Shown: in pieces, positions 30,460 through 42,606 of the stretch
How the letters are laid out: each line of letters starts with the position of its first letter
How positions within the stretch are numbered: the first letter of the stretch is position 1
Source of the DNA: an uncultured Phycisphaerales bacterium
GTDB lineage: Bacteria; Planctomycetota; Phycisphaerae; Tepidisphaerales; Tepidisphaeraceae
DNA: 64,000 nucleotides
NCBI GenBank assembly: GCA_963755915.1
Contig: CAVWLP010000002.1
Span: 2,656,001 to 2,720,000 of the forward strand
Direction of reading: 5' to 3'
Notes under the pieces: model-generated
The model's database searches: none
Told to the model about the DNA's origin: nothing
The model's input: the letters and a program-made list of their open reading frames with translations, nothing else
Translations under genes and position numbers: made by a program

Positions 30460-30897
30460 ATGATGGACAAACCTATTTTACTGGTAGAGGACAATCGCGA
30501 CGACGAAGATTTGACGGTGCGCGCGCTGAAGAAGAACAAGATCGCCAATGGATTGGCGATAGCGCGGGACGGCGTGGAGGCGCTGGATTATCTGTTCGGG
30601 ACGGGGGCGTATGCGGGCAGAGACACGAGCGTTATGCCGGGCTTGATGCTGCTGGACCTGAAACTGCCGAAGGTTGACGGGCTGGAGGTTCTGCGGCGCG
30701 TGCGTGAGAACGAGAAGACGCGGAGGTTACCGGTGGTTGTTCTGACGAGTTCCAAGGAGGAACTGGATCTGGTGACGAGCTACAACCTTGGGGCGAACAG
30801 CTATATCCGCAAGCCGGTGGATTTTAATCAGTTCACGGACGCGGTGCGGCAGCTGGGTCTTTACTGGCTGATGCTCAACGAAGTTCCAACGGTATGA
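30460..30897 (+). CDS. Single-domain response regulator (Rcp1-like)
   Basis: ILLVEDN, LLDLKLPKVDG, VVLTSS, GANSYIRKP. Confidence 0.93.
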   Translation: MMDKPILLVEDNRDDEDLTVRALKKNKIANGLAIARDGVEALDYLFGTGAYAGRDTSVMPGLMLLDLKLPKVDGLEVLRRVRENEKTRRLPVVVLTSSKEELDLVTSYNLGANSYIRKPVDFNQFTDAVRQLGLYWLMLNEVPTV

Positions 30898-32919
30898 ATT
30901 CTGAAGAGAAAAAATCGAACGACCGGCTGAGGGTCCTGATCGTCGAAGACTGCGAAAGCGATGCGGAGCTTCTGCTGATAGAGCTGCGTCGCGGCAGTTG
31001 GGACATCGTTCACCAGCGGGTGGAGACGCGTCGGGCGATGATCGATGCGCTGGGTGAACATCAGTGGGACCTGATCATCGCCGACTATTCGCTGCCGAGC
31101 TTCGACGGGCTGGACGCGCTGGCGGTGGCGCGGGAGAGATCGGCGGAGATACCGTTTGTTCTGATTTCGGGCCAGATCGGCGAGGAGATAGCCGTGCAGG
31201 CGATGAAGGCGGGGGCGGACGACTACCTGTTCAAGGGTAACCTGAAGCGTCTGGTACCGGCGGTGAAGCGCGAGCTGCGCGGGCTGAAAGGCCGGCGGAA
31301 GGCGCGGCACACGGAGCGGCAACTCCGGAAGGGAGAGCGGCAACTGGCGGAGGCGCAGCGGCTGGCGCACCTGGGAACGTGGCACGTGGATTTTCGCAGC
31401 GGACAGACGGTTTGGTCGGAGGAAGCGTGCCGAATCCTGGGCTGCCGATTGCCGGAATCGGGGCCGAGCTTTGAGGAATTTCTGGGATATCTCGGCGAGG
31501 AGGAACTGCGCGAAGATCAAAGAGGAATTGAGTTCGCCGAATGAGAGTTTGATTGTGCGGGATTGCCGGATGAAGTGTCCAAATGCGGAGGCGCAGTTCA
31601 TTCACCTCCGGGGTGAGATCGTTCGCGACGACCGTGGAGAGGCGATCGAGGCGATGGGGATGATCCAGGACATAACGCAAAATCATCACGCGGAAATTGA
31701 GCTTCAACACGCGAAAGAATCGGCGGAGGCGGCGAATCGGGCGAAGAGCGAATTTCTGGCGAACATGAGCCACGAGATCCGCACACCGATGACGGCGATC
31801 CTGGGTTTCGCCGACATGCTGCATCGGAAGGGGGCGAACGCGCCGGACCATGGCGAGTGCGTGGAAACGATCCGGCGGAACGGTGCGCATCTGCTTCAGA
31901 TCATCAACGAGATCCTCGACCTGTCGAAAATCGAGAGCGGGCAGTTGACGGTGGAGCGGATTCGTTGCGACCTGCCGCGGCTGATTTCGGAAGTGGCGAT
32001 GCTGATGAAGTCTCGGGCCGAGCAGCGGCGGCTGCAATTCAAAACGGTGATTGATGAATCGATTCCGCATTACATTCAGACGGATCCGCTGCGGCTGCGG
32101 GAGATTTTGATGAACCTGGTGGGAAACGCGGTCAAGTTTACGTCCAAAGGTGAAGTTGAAATGCGGGCGTGGTGCGAGCGGGGGGCGGAATCGAGCATGT
32201 TGCGGGTGGCGATCCGGGATAGCGGAATCGGAATGACGGAGGAACAGGTGGCGAAGATATTCGAACCGTTTTCGCAGGCGGAGCATTCGACGACGCGGAA
32301 ATTTGGGGGCACGGGGCTGGGGCTGGCGATCAGCCGGAGGTTGGCGCGGCTTTTGGGGGGCGACATTTCGGCTAAATCGGAATTGGGGGCGGGAAGCGAA
32401 TTTTACGTCTGGATTGACGGCGGCGCGATCGATGAGAGTGATGGCGGACCGGCCGGCGGCGAGACGCCCGGGCAGGGTTCGAGCAGGGATGAGGAGGGGG
32501 CGGAGATAACGCTGCGTGGGCGGATTCTGCTGGTGGAAGATGGGCGCGACAACCAGCGGCTGCTGTCGTCTTACCTGGAAATGGCGGGAGCGGAAGTGGT
32601 GATTGCGGAGAACGGGCAGCTGGGTGTGGAACGGGCCGAGTCAGAGGATTTTGATCTGATCCTGATGGACATGCAGATGCCGGTGATGGATGGGTACACG
32701 GCGGCGCGGGAGTTGCGGAAGTGGGGGAGCAAGCTGCCGATCATCGCGCTGACGGCGTATGCGATGTCGAGCGATCGTGACAAGTGCCTGGCGGCTGGAT
32801 GCACCGACTATTTGAGCAAGCCGGTGGATAGCGAGGCGATGCTGCGGATGGTGAAGCGTTATCTGGGGGAGGGGGCGGGGTCGGGGGAGCTTCAGGCGGC
32901 GGGGTTGGGGCAGGGGTGA
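30894..32919 (+). CDS. Hybrid histidine kinase REC-PAS-HisKA-HATPase-REC (frameshift near 31500)
   Basis: N-terminal [34 protein letters not shown]-terminal LMDMQMP..KP. Confidence 0.9.
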
Positions 32920-33033
32920 TGGTGGTTGGTGACGAGAAAAGGCGGTTTCTCGTGCATGGTGATGCGGTTCCGCCGCGGGAGCACATGACTGCTCTGGCGA
33001 GGTTCCGGGGGCCGTGGGGTGTTGGGCGGGAAA

Positions 33034-33084
33034 GCGCCGTGCGGTTCGACACAGCTCACCGAAGTCAAGCACGGCGGCTACACG
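33034..33084. repeat. REP hairpin with 24-bp insert (33043-33066) in its loop
   Basis: GCGCCGTGC[GGTTCGACACAGCTCACCGAAGTC]AAGCACGGCGGCTACACG. Confidence 0.75.
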
Positions 33085-33261
33085 GGGAGAGGTTGGGGAC
33101 GGCGGGAGGGGAGGGGAGAAGGCGCAACCTCGCCGGAATTTTGACGTTTTGGGTCTCACTTTGCTTTTGACACTCACTCCCCTGCGCGTAAACTCGGTTT
33201 TTGAGGCGGAAAAATGGCGTAGCCCCCGCCTTTGAAGTTTTTATATAATTTCGTCCGATAA

Positions 33262-34597
<1,336 letters not shown>

Positions 34598-34645
34598 TGC
34601 CTGTGTGCTGAGCTTGCTCGTGGGTGCGGGCCAGGGACGGCTTTT

Positions 34646-35434
34646 ATGGTGTTGAAACTTGGTCGTAGTGAAAAGACGCAGCCGGTGACGCTGCCGTGGG
34701 AGTCTATCGATTCTCAGGAGGCGGAGAAGGCGACGAACTGGGAAGCGGAAGACAAGGGCGATTGGTTTCTGGATGCGCCGCAGGGGGAATGGGAGATCGA
34801 TTCGGCGGCTAAATCTGGGGACAATTCGCCGGATGATGCGGAAGAGGATGATCGCGCGGTTCCGATGGAGTCGATGCACGAGGTTGAGGATGAGGAACCG
34901 GCTGAGCCGCACCGCGGGGCGGAGCGCGGGGGTTGGACGTTTGCCGTTTTGTGCATGGGGCTGGGGATTTTGGGGGCGAGCATTTTGATCCCGCAGGCGG
35001 ATGCGAATCGACGGCTGGTTTACGAGCGGGAGAAACTGCGGCTGGACCTGACGCAGGTGCAGAGGCAGATCGCGGTGAATTCGCAGTTTCTGGATGAGAT
35101 GGAGCGCGATCCGCAGCTTACGGAGCGGCTGGCGCAGCGGGAAATGCATGCGGTAAAGGAGGGGGAGAACGTGGTGAATACGAGCGGGAATTCCGTGGGG
35201 GCTTCGGCGACCGCGCGGGCGGATCGAATGTCGCCGTTCAGCATAGTGAATGTTCCGCCGCCACCGGCGCTGGCGCCCTATCAACCTGTGGGGGGACTTT
35301 TCGCGGGGCTTTGCCGGGATCCGAAGTCGCATCTTTATGTGCTGGGGGCGGGGATGCTTCTGGTGGCGGGGGGGTTGACGCTGGGGGGTGGGCGATCTGG
35401 CGTTGCAGAAGAGATTAATACGACGAAATCATAA
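34646..35434 (+). CDS. Membrane protein with an FtsB/DivIC-like TM plus coiled-coil
   Basis: TM followed by coiled coil ending DPQLTERLAQREMHAVKEGE; directly after eno; acidic N-terminus; second TM at the C-terminus. Confidence 0.5.
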   Translation: MVLKLGRSEKTQPVTLPWESIDSQEAEKATNWEAEDKGDWFLDAPQGEWEIDSAAKSGDNSPDDAEEDDRAVPMESMHEVEDEEPAEPHRGAERGGWTFAVLCMGLGILGASILIPQADANRRLVYEREKLRLDLTQVQRQIAVNSQFLDEMERDPQLTERLAQREMHAVKEGENVVNTSGNSVGASATARADRMSPFSIVNVPPPPALAPYQPVGGLFAGLCRDPKSHLYVLGAGMLLVAGGLTLGGGRSGVAEEINTTKS

Positions 35435-36837
35435 ACTGCATGGACTGGCACATTGCAGCGGTGATTAACAGCGTTGCCGCGAACACGGTCAGCCGCGCGC
35501 GGGGGCCAGGTTGTGAGTTCGAGGCCGATGGGGAGCATGAGCATGGGGTACATGAAAATCCAGATGCGGGCGGATTCGGTTTGGAGGAGGCCGATGATGG
35601 CGATAATCAGAAATTGGGAGACGGCGGCGATGGCGATTTTGGATTCTAAGGTCAGGCCGGTTCTGATGGCGGTGGTGAAATAAAAGCTCGCGATGACGAA
35701 GCTGATCCAGGCGGAGCCGAGGGCGAAATCGTAGAGGTCGGTGAAGAAGGTCCAGGGGAGGGAATGGCGGGGGTAGCCGACGTTGTATATCAGCTTGTCC
35801 CAGAGGATTGCGTTCTGGCGGGCGCACTCGCGGAGAGTGGTGAAGGGATCGAAGCCGGTGGCGAGCCAGAGGAGGAGATAGAAGGTTGAAAAGACGGCCA
35901 GGGCGAAGGCCAAATGTTTGGCGACTTCCTTCCAGCGGAATTTTGGGTCGGAGCGGGAGAGGATGAAGGTGTAGCCGGCGAAAAAGATGGGGAGGATTCC
36001 GGGGAGATAGGTGATCAGGCCGGTGAGGGCGTAGGTCAGGCCGAAGAGGGCTCCGAAGAGAGGACGGTTTCGTTTCAGGGCCAAGGCCCAGGAGATGGCC
36101 AAGGCGCAGGTGAGGACGGGGAAGGTGGGATCGAAATCGGGGAAGAAGAGGAGCAGGGAAGGGCAAAGGGCGAAGAAAGAAGCGCCGAAGAATCCGGCAT
36201 CGCGGTTTTCGGTGTGGATGGCGATGAAGAGGTAGGTGAGGGGTACGCCGGTGGCGGCGATGAGGCCGGTGAGGAGTCCGGAGATCATCATGCCGGTCGA
36301 ACCCGTGCCGAATAAGTGAATCACGGCGATTTCGAAGAGGAGAATTCCCGGGGGTTTCTGGCGCGGGTGGAGATAGAAATGGTCGAGCAGGGTGGGGTAG
36401 CGGCGGAGGAGTTCCCTTATGGGGAAATTTTGCTGAACGATTCCGGCGGCGGAGGCGAAATAGCCGGTGCTCCAGCGGCTGGCGACGACATCGGTGATTC
36501 GCGAAAAGCTGGGGGGATTATTTTGGACGACGGCGGCGCCGACCATCAGGGCAAATGCTGAAAGGGTTATCAGCGCGACCGCGAGCGCTCGATTCTTGCG
36601 GTAAACGAATTGGGCGAGGAACAGGGGCACGCCGAGCGGGAGAAGAATCGGATAGACATAAATCGACGGGGACCATTTCCAGGGCCAGCTATAGTAGTAA
36701 TAGTTGTTGACGGAAAGCAGGTGCCCATGAACGGCGACGGCGAAGAACGCGGCGACGGCCAGGACGATGAATACCCGTATGCGAACCTGGGACGGTTTGG
36801 CGATCGCATGGTTGGCAACTGGGATCGTTTTTTCCAT
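35335..36837 (-). CDS. Polytopic membrane protein, GT-C/PMT-like glycosyltransferase (3' end uncertain, frameshift near 35490)
   Basis: About 10 TM helices, HPRQKPPG loop, ESARIWIF. Confidence 0.6.
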   Translation of the reverse strand: MEKTIPVANHAIAKPSQVRIRVFIVLAVAAFFAVAVHGHLLSVNNYYYYSWPWKWSPSIYVYPILLPLGVPLFLAQFVYRKNRALAVALITLSAFALMVGAAVVQNNPPSFSRITDVVASRWSTGYFASAAGIVQQNFPIRELLRRYPTLLDHFYLHPRQKPPGILLFEIAVIHLFGTGSTGMMISGLLTGLIAATGVPLTYLFIAIHTENRDAGFFGASFFALCPSLLLFFPDFDPTFPVLTCALAISWALALKRNRPLFGALFGLTYALTGLITYLPGILPIFFAGYTFILSRSDPKFRWKEVAKHLAFALAVFSTFYLLLWLATGFDPFTTLRECARQNAILWDKLIYNVGYPRHSLPWTFFTDLYDFALGSAWISFVIASFYFTTAIRTGLTLESKIAIAAVSQFLIIAIIGLLQTESARIWIFMYPMLMLPIGLELTTWPPRAADRVRGNAVNHRCNVPVHAVYDFVVLISSATPDRPPPSVNPPATRSIPAPST

Positions 36838-36838
36838 T

Positions 36839-38110
36839 TCAGATTGATTTGAGCGTTTCGACGAGCTTGAGGGCGTCTTCTTTGGAGGAGATTTTTGCTT
36901 CGAGCTGGGCGTCGTAGACCGAATCCAGGATCTGGCGGAATTTGGGGCCGGGATTGAGGCCGAGGGTGATGAGATCGTTGCCGTCGATGAACGGGGTGGG
37001 GGCGACATCCTGGCCGTCGAGTTGGGCGAAACGTGGTTTTAGGGCGGCGATCTTTTCCTGGTGCAAGCCGACTGCGGAGATGGTGTCGAGGAGGCGGCGG
37101 GATTGGGCCGATGTCGGGCGGGCGAGAAATCGTTTTATGGTTGCCAGTCCGGGCGGCTGATCCTGGAGCAGGGGAGAGATCGCGCCCAGGATCTCGGCCA
37201 TCTCGTCGCTCTCTTCGTTGCTGATTCGCATTGCCTGGCGCATGGCGCGGACGGTGCGGGAGACTTCGGAATGTTTGAAGGACTCGAGAATTTCGTCCCC
37301 GGCCTGATGGTGAATGCAAACTGCGGCCGCCGCGAGGGCGAGGCCGACTGAAATCGGATTGTTTGCATCAACGGAAAGGAAGATTGACCGATCGAAATTC
37401 ATCTGCTGGGGCAGTTTTGGGAAAAATCGGAAAATTTCCGGGGCGAGGCGCAAATTCCAGATCAATCGCCAGGCGATACTCCGCGTTGTCGGGGTGAGCA
37501 TGAGGCGGATTTCTTCGCCGACGCGTTCGGGGCTGATGGTTTTTACGCGAGGGGCGAGGGAAGTGATGGCGGCCGAGGTGGCGGGTTCGATGTCGAAGGA
37601 GAATCGGGCGGCAAAGCGGACGGCGCGAAGAAGTCGCAGGTGGTCTTCGCTGAAGCGCTGGTGGGGATCGCCGATGGCGCGGATTCGGCGGGCGGCGAGG
37701 TCGTCGCGGCCGCCGACGAAGTCGATGACGCGGTCTTCGATGGGGTCGAGGAATAGGCCGTTGATGGTGAAATCTCGGCGGCGGGCGTCTTCCTCGGCGG
37801 TTGTGAAGGTGACCGAGCTGGGCCGGCGGCCGTCTTCGTAGGTTCCGTCCGATCTGAAGGTGGCGACTTCGACGGTGCTCTTGCCGGATCGGACGAGGAT
37901 TACGCCGAAGGCGGCCCCGACGGCCTGGGTCGCGGGGAAGAGGGAACGGACTCTTTGGGGCGGGGCGTCGGTGGCGACGTCCCAATCGGCCGGCTCCAGC
38001 CCCAGGAGCGAGTCGCGGACGCAACCACCGGCGAAGTAGGCGATGTGGCCGCTGTCGCGCAGCCGTTTGAGAACGGCCAGGGCGTCGGGGCGCGAGCAGG
38101 GGGGTTTCAT
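36839..38110 (-). CDS. CCA tRNA nucleotidyltransferase / poly(A) polymerase family
   Basis: AGGCVRD, DWDVAT, EVATFR, RRDFTIN, EDHLRLLRAVRF. Confidence 0.92.
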   Translation of the reverse strand: MKPPCSRPDALAVLKRLRDSGHIAYFAGGCVRDSLLGLEPADWDVATDAPPQRVRSLFPATQAVGAAFGVILVRSGKSTVEVATFRSDGTYEDGRRPSSVTFTTAEEDARRRDFTINGLFLDPIEDRVIDFVGGRDDLAARRIRAIGDPHQRFSEDHLRLLRAVRFAARFSFDIEPATSAAITSLAPRVKTISPERVGEEIRLMLTPTTRSIAWRLIWNLRLAPEIFRFFPKLPQQMNFDRSIFLSVDANNPISVGLALAAAAVCIHHQAGDEILESFKHSEVSRTVRAMRQAMRISNEESDEMAEILGAISPLLQDQPPGLATIKRFLARPTSAQSRRLLDTISAVGLHQEKIAALKPRFAQLDGQDVAPTPFIDGNDLITLGLNPGPKFRQILDSVYDAQLEAKISSKEDALKLVETLKSI

Positions 38111-38182
38111 TGGGGGGGATTCTATCGGAAATCGCTGGGATTTTTGATAACATGGCGCGGGTTCACCGGGAGTTTGAAGACG

Positions 38183-39271
38183 ATGAATCGACTTGTTGTT
38201 TTTCTATGCATTTTCGTGCTGGGCGCGGCGGGGTGCAGCAGCTCGCCACCGGCGGCGAGTTCCAGCGGTGAATCTTTCCAGGCGCAGGGGGGTGGGTCGG
38301 ATACGTCTTCCACGGCGGCTGCACCCGATCCCAATTCGGATATGCCGACGATTCCGCCGGACGCGATGTATACGCTGCATTGCGCGACGTTCACCGGGCT
38401 GACGCATATCGAGGACGCCAAGCGGGTGAAGCAGTTGCTGGTTCAATCGACCGGGTCGAAGGATTGGTACGTGGTTCACGAGAGCGACTCGAGCGATCTT
38501 TATTTTGGGTTTTATAAGACTTTCGACGACCGGTCGCAGCTTGCGGATTTCAACCGGGCACAATCGGACAAGGTGAGAATCGGGTCCATGGTGAACGACC
38601 AGGGGGATCCCCTTTTTCCGATGGTGATGTTTACGTCGATCAACACGCCTGATCCTCCGGCGCCCAAGGCGTGGGATCTTTCCAGCAACCCGGGGTATTG
38701 GACGCTGCAGATCGCGGTTTATAAGGGGAGCCCATTGCGTAAGCAGATGGCGGTGGATGCGGTGAAGGGATTCAGGGCGGAGGGAGTGGAGGCGTATTAC
38801 CGGCATGGGCCGGCGACGAGCGAGGTGTATATCGGGTCGTGGCCGCGCGAGGCGGTGCAGGAGCAGGAGGCGGCGTCGGCGGAGGCGGACGATCCGGATG
38901 AATCGCTGCTGGTTGTTCCGGGGCCTCTGCCGAAGGGGATCGATCCGAACAATCTGCACGATGCCCAGGGGCGAAAGGTGAAAGTAGTGATGCCTCAGTT
39001 GGTCATTCAGGATGAATCGCTGAAGCGCGTCACCCAGCAGTATCCCAACTATTACGTTAACGGAGTTGTGGCAGGGCACAAGGTGAAGATGGCAGACGGG
39101 ACCTACCAGGTCGTCGCGTGGCCGTCGTATTTGATCCAGGTTCCGCATGACAACCAGGACGAGCAGGACCAAACGGACAAGACGGATCTTGGGCAGTCGC
39201 CTTCGCAGCAGCAGGGGGGGGAGACCGAGGAGCCGGGGAGCAATGTTCCGGGTCTCGGCGGGCTGCGATGA
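38183..39271 (+). CDS. Hypothetical lipoprotein
   Basis: MNRLVVFLCIFVLGAAGC lipobox; two similar modules (YTLHCATF / WTLQIAVY). Confidence 0.7.
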   Translation: MNRLVVFLCIFVLGAAGCSSSPPAASSSGESFQAQGGGSDTSSTAAAPDPNSDMPTIPPDAMYTLHCATFTGLTHIEDAKRVKQLLVQSTGSKDWYVVHESDSSDLYFGFYKTFDDRSQLADFNRAQSDKVRIGSMVNDQGDPLFPMVMFTSINTPDPPAPKAWDLSSNPGYWTLQIAVYKGSPLRKQMAVDAVKGFRAEGVEAYYRHGPATSEVYIGSWPREAVQEQEAASAEADDPDESLLVVPGPLPKGIDPNNLHDAQGRKVKVVMPQLVIQDESLKRVTQQYPNYYVNGVVAGHKVKMADGTYQVVAWPSYLIQVPHDNQDEQDQTDKTDLGQSPSQQQGGETEEPGSNVPGLGGLR

Positions 39272-39936
39272 TGGAAATCGTCATTGCGAGCACCAATCAA
39301 GGGAAGATCCGTGAGTTTCGGCAGATGCTGGAGGGATGGGAGGGGATTCGAGTCAGCGATTTGAGCCAGCGTGAAGGCTTGCCGGTGGTTGAGGAGACGG
39401 GGCATACGTTTTTGGCGAACGCGTGCCTGAAGGCGTCGGGATATGCGCGCATTCTGAAGAAATGGTGCCTGGCGGATGACAGCGGGCTGGCGGTGGATGC
39501 TTTGGGGGGCAAACCGGGGGTTCTCAGTGCCCGGTGGGCGGCGGTGAATCATGCCGGGGAGGGGGATACGGATAACAATGCGCTGCTGCTGAAGCAGTTG
39601 GCGGGAGTGCCGGCGGAGAGCAAGACGGCGCGGTTTATTTGTGCGTTGGCGCTGGCGAATGAGCAGGGGATGATCGTTGTGACGGCAAGCGGAGCTGTAG
39701 AGGGGCGGATTCTGGAGGAGCCGAGGGGCGAGGCGGGGTTTGGGTATGATCCGCTGTTTCTCATCGATGCACTGGGGAAGACGACGGCGGAGCTGCCGGC
39801 GGGGGAGAAGCATGGGATTAGCCATCGGGGGCAGGCGCTGCGGAGGTTGGCCGGGGTGATGGGGAGGGTGGGGGGGATTGCCAATTGCGGTTCGACTGAG
39901 CTCACCGAAGTCCGATTGCCAAATGCCGAATTTTGA
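39268..39936 (+). CDS. rdgB: Non-canonical purine NTP pyrophosphatase
   Basis: ASTNQGK, LADDSGL.VDAL.G.PGV.SAR, GFGYDPLF, SHRGQAL. Confidence 0.93.
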   Translation: MMEIVIASTNQGKIREFRQMLEGWEGIRVSDLSQREGLPVVEETGHTFLANACLKASGYARILKKWCLADDSGLAVDALGGKPGVLSARWAAVNHAGEGDTDNNALLLKQLAGVPAESKTARFICALALANEQGMIVVTASGAVEGRILEEPRGEAGFGYDPLFLIDALGKTTAELPAGEKHGISHRGQALRRLAGVMGRVGGIANCGSTELTEVRLPNAEF

Positions 39937-40004
39937 ACAGCAAAGATTCACGCTTCCGCCCGGGTGTCCCTCATTCGGCAATTGGCAATCGGCAATCGGC
40001 AATC
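39875..40004. repeat. Inverted heptamer (GATTGCC/GGCAATC) array with 24-bp insert at 39889-39912
   Basis: GGATTGCCAATTGC[GGTTCGACTGAGCTCACCGAAGTC]CGATTGCCAAATGCCGA ... TCGGCAATTGGCAATCGGCAATCGGCAATC. Confidence 0.75.
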
Positions 40005-40020
40005 TATGATTTCCAACCAC

Positions 40021-40437
40021 ATGAGCCGAGTCCTCATAGCTGTGAGCAGTCCCTGGGCGGCGGAGAAGGTGGTGGTGCCGCTGGCGGACCTGGCCAAGCG
40101 GCTGGAGGCGGAGGTTCTGGTGGTTCATGTCTCCCGGCCCAGCGGGGGTCAGATGCGCGAGCAGGAACAGGCGGACGGGGAGGCGGCGATCAGCCTCCTG
40201 CGGAGCAAGCTCCAGGAGCGGGACGTGGCGGTGCAGACGCTGCTGATGTTCAGCGACGACATCGCCCGGGCAATCCTCAATACGGCCGCAGAGCGGGACG
40301 TGACGCTGATTGCGCTGGGGTTGACGGGTAAGAACATTTTTGCACGGCTGCTGGCGGGGAATGTTCCTGTGGAATTGATTAAGAACACGAAAATTCCGGT
40401 TATCCTGCTGCCACCGGACTGGAACGGGGCGCTTTGA
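40021..40437 (+). CDS. Universal stress protein
   Basis: RVLIAVS, LVVHV, LIALG..G, GNVPVELIKNTKIPVILL. Confidence 0.85.
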   Translation: MSRVLIAVSSPWAAEKVVVPLADLAKRLEAEVLVVHVSRPSGGQMREQEQADGEAAISLLRSKLQERDVAVQTLLMFSDDIARAILNTAAERDVTLIALGLTGKNIFARLLAGNVPVELIKNTKIPVILLPPDWNGAL

Positions 40438-40598
40438 AGGGAAAGATTTTCGCGGTTGAGAAAGAATGGGGGGAAAAGAATTATCCTAATTCTGTCGTCA
40501 AAACCGAAGAATATATTTGCGTAGAAGAGAATAACGCTATAATTCCGCCTCGCGCGGAGAAAAAAACACCTCGCGGGCGATAGAAGGAGTTTTCAGGA

Positions 40599-41264
40599 AT
40601 GGTTAATGGCGATGACTTCATGCCGAAGGAATGCTTTTTCACCAAGGGCGTCGGACGGCATGCACAGAAGCTGATGAGTTTTGAATTGGCGCTTCGGGAT
40701 GCGGGGATTGAAAAGCAAAATCTGGTGCGCGTCTCCTCGATTTATCCGACAAGCTGCAAAATCGTTCCGATGAAGGAGGGTCAGCCCAAGCTCAAGCCGG
40801 GGCAGATTACCTTCGTGGTGCTGGCGGAGGCGGCGACGGACGAGCCCAACCGGCTGATCTGCGCCGGCATCGGGCTGGCGATCCCGCGGAATCATGCCCA
40901 TGGGTATATCGCGGAGCACCACGGCTATGGGATGACGGAAAAGAAGACCGAGGACCTGTGCGAAGATCTGGCTGCCACCATGCTGGCGACGACGTTGGGA
41001 ATTCCGTTCGAAGCCGACAAGAATTGGGACGAGCGCGAGCAGCAGTACAAGATGAGCGGGGAAATATTCAAGACCCGCGCGGTGGTTCAGACCGCTGAAG
41101 GGGATAAGAGCGGGCTGTGGACGAGCGTGGTTTCGGCGGTGGTGTTTATCCTTGACAAGAACTACGTCGAGAAGCCGGCGGGGGAGGCTGCGCCTGCAGC
41201 GCCGAGTTCGGAGAAGACGATTTCCGATCGGATGGGGGGCGGGCTGAGCGGGCCGGCGGTTTAA
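40599..41264 (+). CDS. pdaD: Pyruvoyl-dependent arginine decarboxylase
   Basis: SFELALRDAGI..NLVRVSSI (SS self-cleavage site), GYIAEHH. Confidence 0.9.
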   Translation: MVNGDDFMPKECFFTKGVGRHAQKLMSFELALRDAGIEKQNLVRVSSIYPTSCKIVPMKEGQPKLKPGQITFVVLAEAATDEPNRLICAGIGLAIPRNHAHGYIAEHHGYGMTEKKTEDLCEDLAATMLATTLGIPFEADKNWDEREQQYKMSGEIFKTRAVVQTAEGDKSGLWTSVVSAVVFILDKNYVEKPAGEAAPAAPSSEKTISDRMGGGLSGPAV

Positions 41265-42559
41265 ACTCCGTTTGGTTTGAATTCCTTCCAGATCACATTG
41301 GTTACCGATGTGCGCACGCCAACTCCCTGGATCATGAATCCGAGTTTCCGCGTGTCGGCGGGTGCGCGGATGGGGCCGTAAAAGGCCATCTTGTTGTCGA
41401 TGAAGACCTGGACGTCGGGGCCGATCACCAGGACGCGAATGGTTCCGTCCTGATCCCACGCGGGGGTGGGCGTCTCGGATATGCCGACACCGGGACCGGG
41501 GCCGTCGAAATCGATCAGGCCCTGGGGAAAGAGGCTGATTTTGATCTGGGCGACATTGCGTGTCCCCAGGTCGACGATTCCAAAGTTCAGGGATGGATCC
41601 CAGTCGTCGCTGTGTCCGACGGGCTTGAAATGGAAATGGGCGCTGAGCTCGACGTTTGGCGCGGTCGGCTTGAACGCGAAGAGCTGGTACTGGCCGGCCG
41701 GGGCTTTGAGGGTGAGCGTGCCGGTGTTGATGAACTGGCTGATCTGATTCGGGGCATCGACGCTTCCATCGACGTGAAATGTGGCCAGCTCGGTGCTGTG
41801 ATCGACGGAGGTCATTTGCGCGGCGGCGTCGGCGGGGATGAGCCGCTGGCGGGGGGTGAAGGAACGAACCAGCCGCAATGCCTTTCGCAGCGCGGGGCGA
41901 TCGTCCTGAACCGCGACGGGATATTGTCGCGACAGACCCTGGGCGAGCTGGAGCTTAAAATCGGCCTTGGCGGCTCCGTACATCCAGCGGGCGATGATGG
42001 GGGCGCGATCTGGCGGGGCGAGCTTGATGGCAAAAGTGCCGAAGTCGAGGGTGTCCTGAAAGCGCCAATCCCGCCAGGCGATCCGGGCGGCAAGAGCGGG
42101 GAGAAGCCAGGCGTGATATCCGGCCTGCTGCGCCTGGGCCAGGGCGCTTTGGGCGAGTGGGGGGTCGTCGTCGCAGTGGATGCAGGCGACTAGCATCGCG
42201 GAATCCCAGCGCGGGTCGCGATCTTTTCCGTTCCAATACGCCTGGACCGGATACCAGGCTTGGTCGATGTCGATCGGCTGGCCTTGGGTTAATTGGACGG
42301 GACCAACGTCGGTGAGCGTGGTTGTGTCGATCTGCTTGATCGCTGCCTGGAACCTGTTCTGGAAATCGGCGGCGTTGAGCGTTGGCTTGATCGCCGGCAT
42401 CTGCGCCGGGGATTGCCAGGCCATGGGATCTGCCGCCGTTACGGGACTCTGATCCGCCCGGGCCGAGGTCCGGGCGAAAAAAAGAGCGAGGACGACAGCC
42501 CAAAGCGCCAAGTCACGCGCTTCGCCAAAATGAAACCGTACAGGTTGTCGTAGAGTCAT
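41261..42559 (-). CDS. Hypothetical exported protein (helical N-half, beta-rich C-half)
   Basis: 432-aa ORF with signal-like segment ALFFARTSARA. Confidence 0.6.
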   Translation of the reverse strand: MTLRQPVRFHFGEARDLALWAVVLALFFARTSARADQSPVTAADPMAWQSPAQMPAIKPTLNAADFQNRFQAAIKQIDTTTLTDVGPVQLTQGQPIDIDQAWYPVQAYWNGKDRDPRWDSAMLVACIHCDDDPPLAQSALAQAQQAGYHAWLLPALAARIAWRDWRFQDTLDFGTFAIKLAPPDRAPIIARWMYGAAKADFKLQLAQGLSRQYPVAVQDDRPALRKALRLVRSFTPRQRLIPADAAAQMTSVDHSTELATFHVDGSVDAPNQISQFINTGTLTLKAPAGQYQLFAFKPTAPNVELSAHFHFKPVGHSDDWDPSLNFGIVDLGTRNVAQIKISLFPQGLIDFDGPGPGVGISETPTPAWDQDGTIRVLVIGPDVQVFIDNKMAFYGPIRAPADTRKLGFMIQGVGVRTSVTNVIWKEFKPNGV

Positions 42560-42606
42560 GGTTCCGCTCCGCCGCGAATGATAAGCGAAGCGCGATCGCC
42601 TTTCGA

